Part shown: positions 49,281-61,829 of the stretch, one piece after another
Layout: every line of letters starts with the position of its first letter
How positions within the stretch are numbered: the stretch's first letter is position 1
Assembly (NCBI GenBank): GCA_026914245.1
Contig: CP110440.1
Location: 2,480,001-2,544,000 of the forward strand
Source: Puccinia triticina
Lineage: Eukaryota
Direction of reading: 5' to 3'
Length of the DNA stretch: 64,000 nucleotides
Notes under the pieces: generated by a model
What the model was told of the DNA's origin: nothing
The model's database searches: none
What the model saw: only the letters and a program-made list of their open reading frames with translations
Made by a program: the position numbers and the translations under genes

Positions 49281-52200
49281 GGCCCTGTTTGGATGCCAAA
49301 TCCAAGTTTATTAAAGACAGCAAAACATAGAATTCAGGATCAAGGGTTCCCCCTACACTAAGACATTTAAACAAACAAAAAAAGAAACAAATTTACATGA
49401 TTCACCAAACTAAGTTCTAAATACAATTAAATCAAAAAAAAAAACTGTGTGAATTGTCCCTTCCTGCCTAGCAGGTTTAAAAGACAAAACACGGATGACC
49501 CCCAGCGCGCGCAGTTAAGGCATTATGCAAAGGGGGGCCACCAAACTGATAAACCCCTCAAACTGTGCAAATGCAACAGCGGACGGGAGTGAGCCAAGTG
49601 AAGCACTCGGCTGGGGAATCCACCTCTCCCAAACCCACTCACCTATTTATGTCTTGCCACTACCCAGGCCTCTACGACCGTTCCACATCTGCAATAACCC
49701 CTGACCGCCCCAACCGACGACAATCATTGAACTCTGCCACCAAGCCTCATTATCACAACGGAACAATGCCTGTATGTAACCAACCCCTCCACTTTTTACA
49801 CCAAACTTCCCTACTTTCAGTTGCATGTACACTTGGCATACTGAGCGCCCCCCGCGTCATCACCTTACGCCCGCCTTAGTTTTTGCAACACCACCAGCCC
49901 CACCACAATTCACCGTAACTAACACACATTCACGTCAATTGCCCCTTCGCCCAGCTAGAAACTCATCTCAATGCCTGAAAATCGGCCCCATCCCTGGTCA
50001 TCCTGCGCCAGCCTCTCATGCCCGCCTTCGGCCTACCAACGCGCATAGTCTAACCCACTCTGTCGACTATATAGCACGGCCCCTCCGCCTTTCTTTTCAC
50101 CTATGCCTCGCCTAATACTCAATCACTTCCTTCCCGTGTTTTTCCTAGCCGCTCGGACCCATGGTCCTTCGCCATCTCGGCGGCAGCCCACTTGATTATA
50201 CAGGGTTGCGGTCGTGTCAAGGAACAGATAAAGTTGTGCCATGCGTTTGGGCAAACTAGAATCGCGTCGTGCCTTGATTGAGATGATCTGACCTGCAATT
50301 TAGGCCTAATGATATTGTTTGATTATACAGGAACAAACTGATCGGGATCAGTAACACATATTTGAGCCCTGCCTCCCGATTGGAAGGCATTCCTGTGAGG
50401 TGGATCTAGCTGAGGCATGCGAATTCCGTTGAAGCAACACATGAAATGCGATCATGGGGGACTTGGGATGAAAGTGGACTGGAATCATTTTATACCGGAG
50501 GCAAGTCAGTCATCTACACGACGTCTCTGCCCCAGGGTTATGTTGTCGGACGGTTTAGGACAAACTATGTCTTCAGAGCCCATAGGATGAAACAGTACAC
50601 AAGTGTAGTTAGCCGATGTTGCGACGGAGTCAAGGGGAAGATCAAGTTTTGACGACGCTGATCAATACGGTTGCGGCAAGAATAAGCTAATCCTGTGCTA
50701 TAAACGTTGAGAGCGTTGTCCGGATACAGATGTTCATTGTGTGCTCAGTGAGATGAATTTTGAAATGATTACTCTATATTGATGGGTTGTTAAATTAGGT
50801 TTATGCTACAAAGGGTGGATTAATTAGGTTATGTTTCAATATGCTGGGGCTAAGTCAGGATTTATAATACAAATGTTTAACACTCATTAGCTTCTTAGCA
50901 ATTTACATACACTGCGAGTGTCAATGAGGATTCTGCTTGAGGCTCGGTGGAGGGTTGTGGGGAAGATTGGGAACGTCTTAGTTCAACGTGTCCGTTCAAG
51001 TAGAAAAACTTGGTTACATAGTCAGACTCAGTAGCGCCGGCGACGCGGCCTGATACAACCTGAGAGAGGATATGGTCAGCGGGCACCTGTGGCGTCGTAG
51101 GAGTATGATGATGTGCCTGACTTTAACCACACAGCGTACGGTGCCGTGGTGGAAACCAACCAGAAGTCCGGAAAACCATGCCCGGAAACCTAATTAAAGG
51201 CTTGAATTGAGCCCTATCGTTGTGTGTAAGGCGGGTGGAATAACAAAATTTGCAACGACCTGATTAAAGGCAAGCTGATATTGTATGTTAGACTCTGTTG
51301 TTGAGGAAATATTGGGTGCTTACGCTTACGTCGTGTATTAATGTGATTGAATATTCAGGTCCAAGGCCGCGGTTGTCAGCGCAAGTCATTGGAATTTCCA
51401 CAATGGTGCCGACGGCATTGAAATTAAGATGGTGTATTCCTGAATGTATTCTTTCATTGTGTGTTGCAATTGGGGTCGCTGATCTGAATTTGAGTTTGAG
51501 TGCGCCGTCGTGACTGAACCTGGTAATTGATCATTTCATTGAATAACTTTGACGAGGTGGTATGCTGGTTCCGCTGAAAACAGTTGCACTTAGATTGACG
51601 GGAAAGAATGGCATCGCACCAGGCGTGCCGGACTTGAGAGAAGCCCAAAGAAGGTTGTTCTTCGCGAGTTCCTGGTATTCAATATGCTCTGCAACCTGAT
51701 CACGTGTCCAAGTATGGTTTCATCGTGGCAAAGGGATCTGTTGGATTTCTGTCTCTTTTCCACTCATCCCTAAAATCCCTACACTTTATCCTCCCACCAT
51801 TCCACCCTTTTTATCCTCCTCTATGGGCTTGCTTTCAGATCAAAATTATCCCAGACTTATGTTGCCCCCTCTCTATGTGGTCTGTTTCTTATCCATGGTC
51901 ATGCTTCTCTCTTACTATCTTGTAGAAATTGATCCCTGATTAGAATAGAGTATTTATTAGCATTCCAGTTTACTGCTTATCCTATAGATTGTGCGCTTCT
52001 CTGATGGGGATAACAATGTACCTTTTGACATGTCACAATGAGTTTGAGAAGTTTCAAATTCATTATCATTTTATTCATTATTATTCTCAACCACAGATTA
52101 ATGCTTGTACATAGTCTACTTATAGTTTGCCCTGTACAAGAAATCAATCTTCATTGGTTCTCTCCTTCTTTTTCCGTGCCCCATCTGAACTGCATCCGGT

Positions 52201-53254
52201 GGCCCTTCTCTGGAGCCTCTGGCTCATGTCTTGTCATTACTTGTATGAGCTCTGCAGTCAAAAACCCAAAAGGATCTAAACTTACATCTTCCTCAATAAA
52301 AACATTGCCTCAAAAATTCAAATGGTCTGTAGTGCCAAGTGGATGGTGTGTTGATTTGAGGGCTTGGTTGCTTTGGATCATGATTTGGTGGAAGAGGGGT
52401 TACATTATGTTGTTGATGAACAATGGCTGAATTAAGTTGGATGAGGAGGTTTGTGATGTGTGCTGGTGGGGTATTGATTGTTGGTGGGTTGGCCTTATAT
52501 GCTTGTCTTGATGCGGCGTGGTGGTGTTTTCTTGGGTGACTGAATGGATTCCCTGTGTTGTTGAATGACAGCAAATAGGGGTTGGTTTGGTTTGCTGGCA
52601 GCGTGTGGATGATGACCCAGGGGTTAGGCAATCGGGCGCAGAAGAGACCTACCGTGAACATGGTTAGCCTGGGTTGGTCAGCGTGAATTGTGCAGAGGGC
52701 CGGTTTGGTCATGGTGGCAACAATGACTTGGGAGGCGGTCAAAGGGTGGCATGTGGTTAACGGGAGGTCGTGGTTATTTTTTGTGACTGGTCAGCTAAAT
52801 GGTGAGCGTGGCGGTTTCAGTAGGCGTGACCGGTGAATTCAAGTATGACCTTGGACCTGGTTTAACTACACTGGTGGAAAATTTGGCAACAGGAAAAGCC
52901 TTTGTATTAGGATTGTATTGTGGTGAGAGGTGCGGGTTCCAAATTGGTGATTTACGCCAAAAGCATGGGTTTGAGAGTAGTCAGTGGTGTGCTGTTGAGG
53001 GAATTGAGGCTGGGTTAATTATTTGCACAGTTTAAGGCCTGACTGCTGCGTAATGATTGATCTGATAATGATCATATTGTAAACCCCGCAGCGGCGCAGC
53101 CGCCTTAGCCTCTAGTTATACATGATAAATGGGCGTATTTATGATGTGAAAACGGCCCGGGGGTTGAAATTTGGTGGAGACAGGGGGAAAAAGTAGGTTT
53201 GTGCATGATAAATTTGCCCATTTATCACGTATAATAGGGCATCCAAATGGGGCC
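49281..53254. mobile_element. Tourist-like MITE split by a 3.8-kb Helitron-like insertion (about 49298-53115)
   Basis: TAA|GGCCCTGTTTGGATGCC at left and GGCATCCAAATGGGGCC|TAG at right. The MITE body resumes (TTATACATGATAAATGGG) immediately after hairpin GCGGC-GCA-GCCGC...CTAG at 53115. No TSD. Confidence 0.65.
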
Positions 53255-53307
53255 TAGTATTTTTTTTTTGATTTAACCATGAAATCTATGTTGCATATCC
53301 AAACAAC

Positions 53308-55069
53308 TCAAGGTTTTTGTTTCAACAAAAGCAAAAATCCCATGTTATGAGACATTGATTTCCATAATTCAAAAACTGGGTTCAATTCAAGAATTCTTGG
53401 CATGGCATAGGCCCCAAGTTGAGAAACCATCTTATCAAACAAATTTGAAATGCTTGAAGTGAGTTTTTTTTGATGAATATCTTTTTGATTCTTGAGTAGA
53501 AAATGAATAAATTTCCATGTTCTTTCTTCTTGTTCATTGCTTGTAACTGAAAGCACAAAAAAAATACGTTTCCAGTAATCTTCACTTGAAATTGTGTAAT
53601 GATTTGATGAATGTGGGAAAACTTCATACATAGTGTTGTGGAAGTACTCTTTGTCCCTTGGACTCAATTCCTGCAGGTGAGGATTGTAATGAACTGCTGT
53701 CACTTCTTTCCCTGGTGATCCCAACTTTTTATTCTTTTTCATTTCCAGTTTCCAAAATTGCTTCTTCTTGAAATCATTCAAATTTGCCAGAAAATAATTG
53801 AGGGAACCAAACAATTTTTTGATTGATTGCAAGTGTTGATTTTCTTCCATTTCCTTCCAACCCACCAAAACTTCACATAACATCTTGTATTCAAAATCAT
53901 CCAAACCTATCATAAAATCTCTAAATTTCATCCACTCAGGATTTAGCAACTTAATAAAAATTATCTTGGATCTGTTTCCTTTCATTTCATCTGTTTGTTT
54001 GTTAATTATTTGGTATACAGATGCAAGGTTCAGTACATCTTTATTGTGTTATTCAATAATTCCATTATATTTGGAATTCAGGATGGAAAGAGTAACAGAA
54101 CTTACCCAGTTCATGCTGAAGCTCAGGTGACAAAGTTGATTCAGTTTGAAAACTTGGCTTAGATGGTACTGAAGGAAGAATATCATTATGATTCCCCACA
54201 AATTGCCAAATTTTTGCCTTTTGTGAATCATCTGAAATTGCTAGTAAGAAATTGAATGGGCTAAAAGAATGTTTGCCCAATTCTTGATTGAAGCCAAGCT
54301 CCTTGTCCAAAATTGTGGATAACAGGGCTTTCTGAGTATCATCAAAGCATTCATTTAGGGAATTGTATTCCTTTTGAAAACTGTACATCTTTTTTTCCAT
54401 ATTTTTGATGAATTCAGGTGACCTATATCTCATCTTGTTGGTGACTTCACGGGTTTTTATATATGTGAGGGTTAAAATGCAAGAATCAGAACATGCACCA
54501 TGGGACTTTGGTATATAGATTAGAACCACTTACAAAAAGTATCATATGGGGTCTCAACATTGACTGATTCAATGGTTGTGAATGGTAAGGAAGAAGATTC
54601 AGATTTATTCTTGAATGTGAATGTGATTAGAACAGATTCATATAACTAACCTGGTTGATCAGTATATTCAACTATTGAAGAGGCTAAAAAGTCATAACCA
54701 TTAACTATCAGCATTCAAAAGGGACGGGATTTGAAGCAAATTTGATATTAGAAGTTCTGACATACTCCCTGCCTGCCTGCTTTTCTTGAAATATGATGAA
54801 TCACAATTCTTCCCTTGTACTAGTAGCATTCAGTGTGGAAAAACAAGACACCACAAATTTGACATCTAATACAAAGGTCACATGAAATGAGTAAATTACA
54901 TACCTTCAGATTGAGATTTTCTTTTTGGAAATTTGCGCCCACTGCGAAGAAGAGTTGAATCATTCATAGGGCTTCTCTTAACCAGACATGTTGATCTGGG
55001 AAGTGGGTTTGCTGAAACATTATAGTAATGTAAAAGCTGCATGCCAACTAGGATCCTTGTAAATAGCAT
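53308..55069 (-). pseudogene. Secreted-protein (candidate effector) pseudogene
   Basis: Exon 1 reads MLFTRILVGMQLLHYYNVSANPLPRSTCLVKR and ends at a GTATGT donor. Downstream frames have an in-frame TAA near 54701, a frameshift around 54.1-54.2 kb and a stop at 54049. Confidence 0.55.
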
Positions 55070-55653
55070 GGCGGTGGGAAAGATATACTTTGCAGATAAT
55101 TTAGTCAGTTCAGATGAATTTAGATGATGAATCAGGAGTATGAAAGTGGTGAGTGATGAGAGTGGTACCAGGTGAAGGCAAGTGGCTTTTATGCTCCTTG
55201 TTGTAAAAAAAGTGGGTATTTACAATATTTCAGCTTAGTTGTTGTATTTCCTATTGACAAGACACGGACTGATTGAGGAGGTTGGATGGGTATGCGCCTG
55301 CATTCTGAAGCTACTCAAGAAAAATGACTGTATGATGTGGCAGTACATAGGATCCAGGCCGCGAGTTAGATAATAGTCTTGGTAATTGATATTCCTCAAA
55401 GTTTGTATCTGATTTTGTTCACCAAGATGTTCTATGTTTGGTAGGTAAAACTGGTCTTGAAATATGAATTACGGACTGGTTTGGACGAAACCTGAAAATG
55501 ATCAAAAATTTCCACTGTTTTGAGGCTGCGGCTACTTCTCTAAAACAAAAAATGCCTAAATAAGGTGAAGCTGTCTCAATTACAATATCATACTATGAAG
55601 CTTGGTCAGATTGAAGACTGAGTCTGTATTTTGTGTATAAATTAAGTAAGGAC

Positions 55654-56450
55654 TGTCAAGACCTAGGGCTTGTCCCGGGTCAAAGGAAGCGCAAGGAACG
55701 AAACCCTAACCCCGCAAGGGGGAACGGTAAGTCCGCGCATCCCTTAGGTCCATGCATATGCATGTGACTCCCAGACGGAAGGAGTAAGCTAAAGCTGAAA
55801 CTCTGTTCATATTCTATAGCCACGTCAACAACCGACAAAGAGCCTAAGCATCCCAACAGAAGCACACGACCAAACAGGTGAGTGATGCTCATTGGGATTG
55901 CCCTTAGCCGAGAGTTCTGCCGCTGATAAACAATGGAATTGTTTCTGTCTCAGCGAGCACGCACCCGAAGCCGAATCAGACCTCAGCGTCCCTAGCCTCA
56001 TCGATAGGATCACCAGCTCTACGAGCGGTAAGTCCATCGATGTAGTGTTCAATAAACCAGTGTAGCCAAGAGCTGATGTGAGGTGCTGTTAATACAGCAG
56101 ACCCGAATAATCACGGCACACTGCGCACTTGTATCGGCGGACTATAAGGTTGCAAGCCTAAACGAGCTAACGTAAGAGAATTGTCTCCGTTATTTAGCTT
56201 CCCACCGGGAAGTCCAAGCGCTGACTTCCGTCTCAGCTGCTGTCCTCAAGCAGGACCGTTCATACCACGATTTCGTGGTCAAAGCTGCATAACAGTCAAA
56301 AGTTTCTACTTGTTTTCTTTATACCAGAGCCGGCTACAGTTCCGCTCTCAGGTACATACTTCTTGTTTCCTTTTTCTTCTGTGTCTCTGAGATTGTCAGA
56401 TAGACCTTTTACTAACAAGAAATATTATCTCAGTCATCTGAATTCTTTTA
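55654..56450 (+). repeat. 5' LTR (797 bp, TG...TA)
   Basis: Near-identical to 60965-61761, about 13 substitutions by eye. Confidence 0.95.
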
Positions 56451-56464
56451 GATTTACAGTCTCG
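56451..56464 (+). promoter_or_regulatory. Putative primer-binding site complementary to the tRNA-Tyr anticodon arm
   Basis: GATTTACAGTCTCG. Its reverse complement CGAGA-CTGTAAA-TC is a 5' stem, a GTA anticodon loop and 2 nt of 3' stem. Confidence 0.7.
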
Positions 56465-56512
56465 AATCTCGGAACCTCCCGACCTCACCAACAGAACTGA
56501 GAGCGGAACGAC

Positions 56513-59500
56513 ATGGCCGGTACTCGCCAAACTCCTGCCGCCTCCTCTTCGAACGCCACAAGCTCCGCCACCACCACCTCAAGTGACTATTGTGACTTGT
56601 TCAAATGTCCGACGTTCAATGGGAAGAAATTTCCCATATGGCAGAGAAAAGTGAAGACGTACCTGGCAGTTAAGAGCCTCCTCAAATGTATCGAGCAGCC
56701 TCTACCCCAAAATGCCACGGACGAAGCGAAACTGGAGTATGTGCAAGCTGCAGCAGTCATCAGCGGTCACATTGAAGATGACATCTACAACCACATCATC
56801 ACCAACGATAACATCAACGATGCCTTCACCCTATGGAAGGAGTTGAAAGGCGAATATGCATCGGCGTCAGTTCTAGCCATCTACCACGCGTGGAGGAAGT
56901 GGGAAGATATTCAATATAAGGACAATATCAACCGCTACATCACTCAACTAGAATCCATGCTAGCTGAATTCGCCGCTATGGGCTTGGAGGTCCCTGGTAC
57001 CATCCTTAGTTGCACCATTATCGCGAGAATCTCTCGCAAGCGACCCTCTTTAATGGAGACCCTAATCAGCAACGCAGACATGCTCTCGCATCCAAAGCAA
57101 ATAATCGCTAAACTCCGAGACATCGCCCATCATGACGCCGTATCCGCAACAATGAATCGAGACGATGAAGTGACCACTGGATCATCTACTGCCTTGAACA
57201 CTCAGGCTCAATCCTCATCCGGTCAAAACGGAAATCAAAAGAAGAGGCGCATCAATCCACACCCGTGTTCAAACAAACAACATAATCCTCTCGCCACCAC
57301 GCATACTGAGGAAAACTGTTGGACTTTACATCCAGGGTTGTACAAGAAGACTCGACAAAACCCCCCAACCGGTCTGGTCACTACTACGGCATCTGAACCT
57401 ACTGAGGCAGCCAACATAGTCCGACCAACCTTTGGCTATTTAACGGGACCCAACGCTAAGGACGATCACCTTAGCATGGTGCTAGACTCAGGTGCTAGTC
57501 ACCACATGCTAAACTCCTTAGAACTGTTTAGCACCACCACACCTGTCAGAGTCAGTATAGCGACTGGAAACAAATGGGATCGGAACGAACTGTTTGCGGT
57601 CGCAAGAGGAAACGCCACCCTCACTCTTGAAAATGGATCCAAGGTCGTCTTGACGGACGCTTTACACCAGGGAAAATGTGATGACAGCTGGTGGCAGGTG
57701 ACATTGAGTAAAACATGTTCAGATACCTGAGCTACTGTGGCAAGACTCCACTATCAAAACAATGGCCCCTTTGTGGTCATTGGGGAGTCCCACTAAATGG
57801 GTTTTGGAGTATGATTGGAGACTGAACAAGAGTCTTCTTCACATCACCTGCCCTCAGGTGACCTCAATTTTTCCCTGGTGTTATATGTTCCTAACCTCTC
57901 TCGCAGCCTGATCTCGTTCGCGCAACTCATGGAGAACAAGGCAGTGATCTCACCTGCCCCGAGTGGTTTCGAAGTCAAGATCGACAATCGTACCACCATA
58001 AGCATCGACACGACAAACTCCATCTTTGAAATTGTCGGTCTTCAAAAAACTGAAGGAGCGGCAATGGCTAATCTCACTGAGGCGGCCCCGACCGCCAAAC
58101 CAAGCAACTTTGATCTCTGGCACTGCAGACTCGGCCACGCCAGCCGCAAGCGGATTGAAGTCATGATTGAAAAGCAACTACCGGACGAGGCGACGCGAGC
58201 TTGTGAAGCCTGCATGAAAGGCAAAATCCCGCGTCTTCCGTTCAACAGTCACTTCAAGGCTACCACCAGCCAGCTTGAAGTTGTGCACGGGGATTTAGTC
58301 GGGCCCATTACACCGGCAACCAATAACGGCGCTTGATACTTTCTCACGCTTGTCAATCAGTACTCCGGCTACATCCACACGGAGATACTCAAGCAGAAAA
58401 GCGACGCTTCTGCTGCCATACTGCAGTACAAGGCCTTCTTTGAAAACCAAACTGGCAACCGCATCAAGAAACTGATAACAGATGGCGGCGGCGAGTTTGT
58501 CAGCAAGGCCCTGAGCGAAATTCTCAAAGACGCTGGTGTGCAGCACAATGTCTCGCCGCCCTACACACCTCAACACAACGGTTTCGCCGAACGCGCCAAT
58601 CGAACAGTGATTGAAATGACCCGGACGATGCTAATGCAGGCCAACATGGCCCCGGAGTGGTGGGGAAAAGCGGTGAAGTCAGCAACCGCGACAACCAATT
58701 GCCTGCCCTCTCTCAGTAAATCCCGGGCGTCTCCGATGGAGCTGATGTTTAAAATCAAGCCGAATATGTCCTTCTTTCGGCCTTTCGGCTGCCGGGTGTG
58801 GATCGTAAAACCAAAACAAAACCGGGGCTCCAAGTTTGGTTCAGTTTTGTGGGACGGAATCATGCTCGGCTACAACAATGATTTCACAGCTTATCGGATC
58901 TTTCGACCCGAGGATAAGTCGTTTGTGACTTCAAAACAAGTATATTTCGACGAGCGGACGTTTCCCAGCTGTCCGGCCTTGAATAGAAGCTTCAACGTCT
59001 ATGGGATTAACAAGCTGCCATCATTCACCAAAGCCGATCCACTCCCTTTCTGTGAGGATGAAGAGCTCGAAAACCAGCAACAAGCTGATGAGGAAGCAAG
59101 GGAAGAAGAAACTGATCTCGCTCAAATCCTCCATCATCTTCCTCCAGGACCTCAACTGGACGATGATGACAGTGAGGACCAGGAGGATTGCCGCAGTGAG
59201 GCCGCAATCGATCAGGAGGAAAGCAGCCGTCAAGATCACCCAAGTGAACCGAGACAACGTCTTCGCCTGAAAGTAATTGGTCCCCGCCATCCATCGCTAA
59301 TCAACAGCGATATAGATCCGGCCAACATTAGGCCGTACTCCAGGCGTCAGATGTATCATGCCACGGTGACGGTTGAGCCGAAAAACCACAAACAGGCAAT
59401 GAGCTCAACGGAGTCGCTCGACTGGAAAGAAGCCGAGCTGAAAGAAGTGGCCAACATGATCCAGCACGACGTATGGATTCAAAGAATGCGGACTTCAGAC

Positions 59501-61078
59501 GACTCTCCGATACCCGCAACCTGGGCCTTCCGGAAAAAGCTCAGTCCCGATAACCAGGTCCTTGAATTTAAAGCGCGCATATGCGCGCAGGGGTTCAGGC
59601 AGACCTATGGCCTGAACTATGAGGCTCGGTATGCACCAACTGGTCGACCCTGCTCCCTCAGAATGCTCATTTCCTTTGCGGCCAACAACGGTCTTGAAAT
59701 TCATCAACTCGACGTCCGAAGTGCGTTTCTTACTTGTCCACTGGAGGACAAGGTCACGCTTCTTCCTCCCCCTGGCCTTGCAATGCCACCGAACACAGTT
59801 CTTGAACTTAAGAAGGCAATCTACGGCCTACGACAGTCGCCCCTGGTTTGGTACAATTGACTGTCGAACTACCTCAAGAAAATCGGCTTCACTATATCAG
59901 TGGCCGACCCGTGCGTGTTTTATCGGGCCAAGGTTCCAGGGCGGGAAGACACAATTGTCTATGCCCACGTAGACGATCTGGTCTTCATAAGCAAGAATCC
60001 GCTTTGCTTCAAGGAGGAGATGGAAGCCGAATTCAAAATTAAATACATGGGTGAAGCAAAGTTCTTACTAGGAATGAACATCGAACGGAACGAAGACAGT
60101 ATTCACATCAATCAATCCCAGTTCATCGAGCGAAAACTGGTAGAATTTGGTCTTTACAAGCTCCACCCCGTGTCATGTCCTCTCAACCCAAAGGCCTATC
60201 TCAAGAAAGCCTCAAAGCAGGAGATCGCAGACTTCAAGAGAACTGGCGTTAACTTTCGAGCGCTAATCGGCTCCCTGAACTACTTGAGCGTGCTGACGCG
60301 CCCTGACATAGCCTACGCTGTCAGTTCCTTATCCCAGTACCTGGAAAATCCTGGTATGCCCCACTATCATGCTGCTATTCAAGTCTATCGCTACCTGGCC
60401 GGCACCAAGTCTCTCGGACTCGCATACCGCAAGAACTCGGACAATTCCATCAAAGCCTACGTCGACGCGGACTGGGGGAACTGCCCCGACACACGACGAT
60501 CCTCCACTGGGTTCGCCATCATGGCGGGAGCGCACTTGCTTGCCTGGAAATCGTCTAAGCAAGCGACTGTGTCCTTGTCAACGACGGAAGCCGAATACAA
60601 GGCCTTGTCGGACTTGGGCCGGGAGCTCGCCTGGCTATCCAACCTCATATCTGAAGTCAAGATACGGGACAACTTAATGAACATTCAAGTCCTAGTCGAC
60701 AACAGGGGAGCCATTGACCTTGCAAAGTCGGAAACCTCGCAGAATAGCTTTCGTACAAAGCACATGTCAATCCGGTTGCATTTTGTCCGCGAGCTGGTAG
60801 TCCGAAGATTAATTCAACTCAGCTACATCCGCTCCGAGTCAAATGCCGCAGATTTTCTGACTAAACCAGTCGGTCGTTTAATCATTCGGCGAGCGCTGGA
60901 AACAATCGGCATCAAGCCCTCTTCTCAGGCTGCTTCGACCCTCCCGGATCGAAGCATGGCGGGATGTCAAGACCTAGGGCTTGTCCCGGGTCAAAGGAAG
61001 CGCAAGGAACGAAACCCTAACCCCGCAAGGGGGAACGGTAAGTCCGCGCATCCCTTAGGTCCATGCATATGCATGTGA
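56513..61078 (+). pseudogene. Copia gag-pol polyprotein with two premature stops and a MITE insertion
   Basis: VLDSGASHHM (protease), LWHCRLGH..CEAC (integrase zinc finger), TDGGGEF, PQHNGFAERANRT, KARICAQGF, LKKAIYGLRQSP, YAHVDDL (RT), YVDADWG, STTEAEY, ADFLTK (RNase H). TGA at 58334 and 59858. Confidence 0.95.
57665..57880. mobile_element. 216-bp CACTA/CMC-like MITE inside the Copia pol
   Basis: TIR CACCAGGGAAAA, TSD TTA. Excision restores the conserved DALYVPNL. Confidence 0.9.
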
Positions 61079-61761
61079 CTCCCAGACGGAAGGAGTAAGC
61101 TAAAGCTGAAACTCTGTTCATATTCTATAGCCACGTCAACAACCAACGAAGAGCCTAAGCATCCCAACAGAATCACACGACCAAACAGGTGAGTGATGCT
61201 CATTGGGATTGCCCTTAGCCGAGAGGTCTGCCGCTGATAAACAATGGAATTGTTTCTGCCTCAGCGAGCACGCACCCGAAGCCAAATCAGACCTCAGCGT
61301 CCCTAGCCTCATCGATAGGATCACCAGCTCTACGAGCGGTAAGTCCATCAATGTAGTGTTCAATAAACCAGTGTAGCCAAGAGCTGATGTGAGGTGCTGT
61401 TAATACAGCAGACCCGAACAATCACGGCACACTGCGCACTCGTATCGGCGGACTATAAGGTTGCAAGCCTAAACGAGCTAACGTAAGAGAATTGTCTCCG
61501 TTATTTAGCTTCCCACCGGGAAGTCCAAGCGCTGACTTCCGTCTCAGCTGCTGTTCTCAAGCAGGGCCGTTCATACCACGATTTCGTGGTCAAAGCTGCA
61601 TAACAGTCAAAAGTTTCTACTTGTTTTCTTTATACCAGAGCCGGCTACAGTTCCGCTCTCAGGTACATACTTCTTGTTTCCTTTTTCTTCTATGTCTCTG
61701 AGATTGTCAGATAGACCTTTTCCTAACAAGAAATATTATCTCAGTCATCTGAATTCTTTTA
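60965..61761 (+). repeat. 3' LTR (797 bp)
   Basis: Direct repeat of the 5' LTR, followed by TSD AGGAC. Confidence 0.95.
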
Positions 61762-61829
61762 AGGACCTCCCTCCAACCGCGGAGTGGTAAACACCTGGTT
61801 TTATTGTGCCCACCAGAGGGAGAGACTTA

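Larger units (their letters stand above)
55654..61761 (+). mobile_element. Full-length Ty1/Copia LTR retrotransposon (inactivated)
   Basis: Direct LTRs 55654-56450 and 60965-61761, TSD AGGAC, domain order gag-PR-IN-RT-RNaseH. Confidence 0.97.

Noticed and set aside
56451..56464. A tRNA-Tyr gene on the minus strand
   Set aside because: Only the anticodon arm matches; no acceptor, D or T arms are visible.
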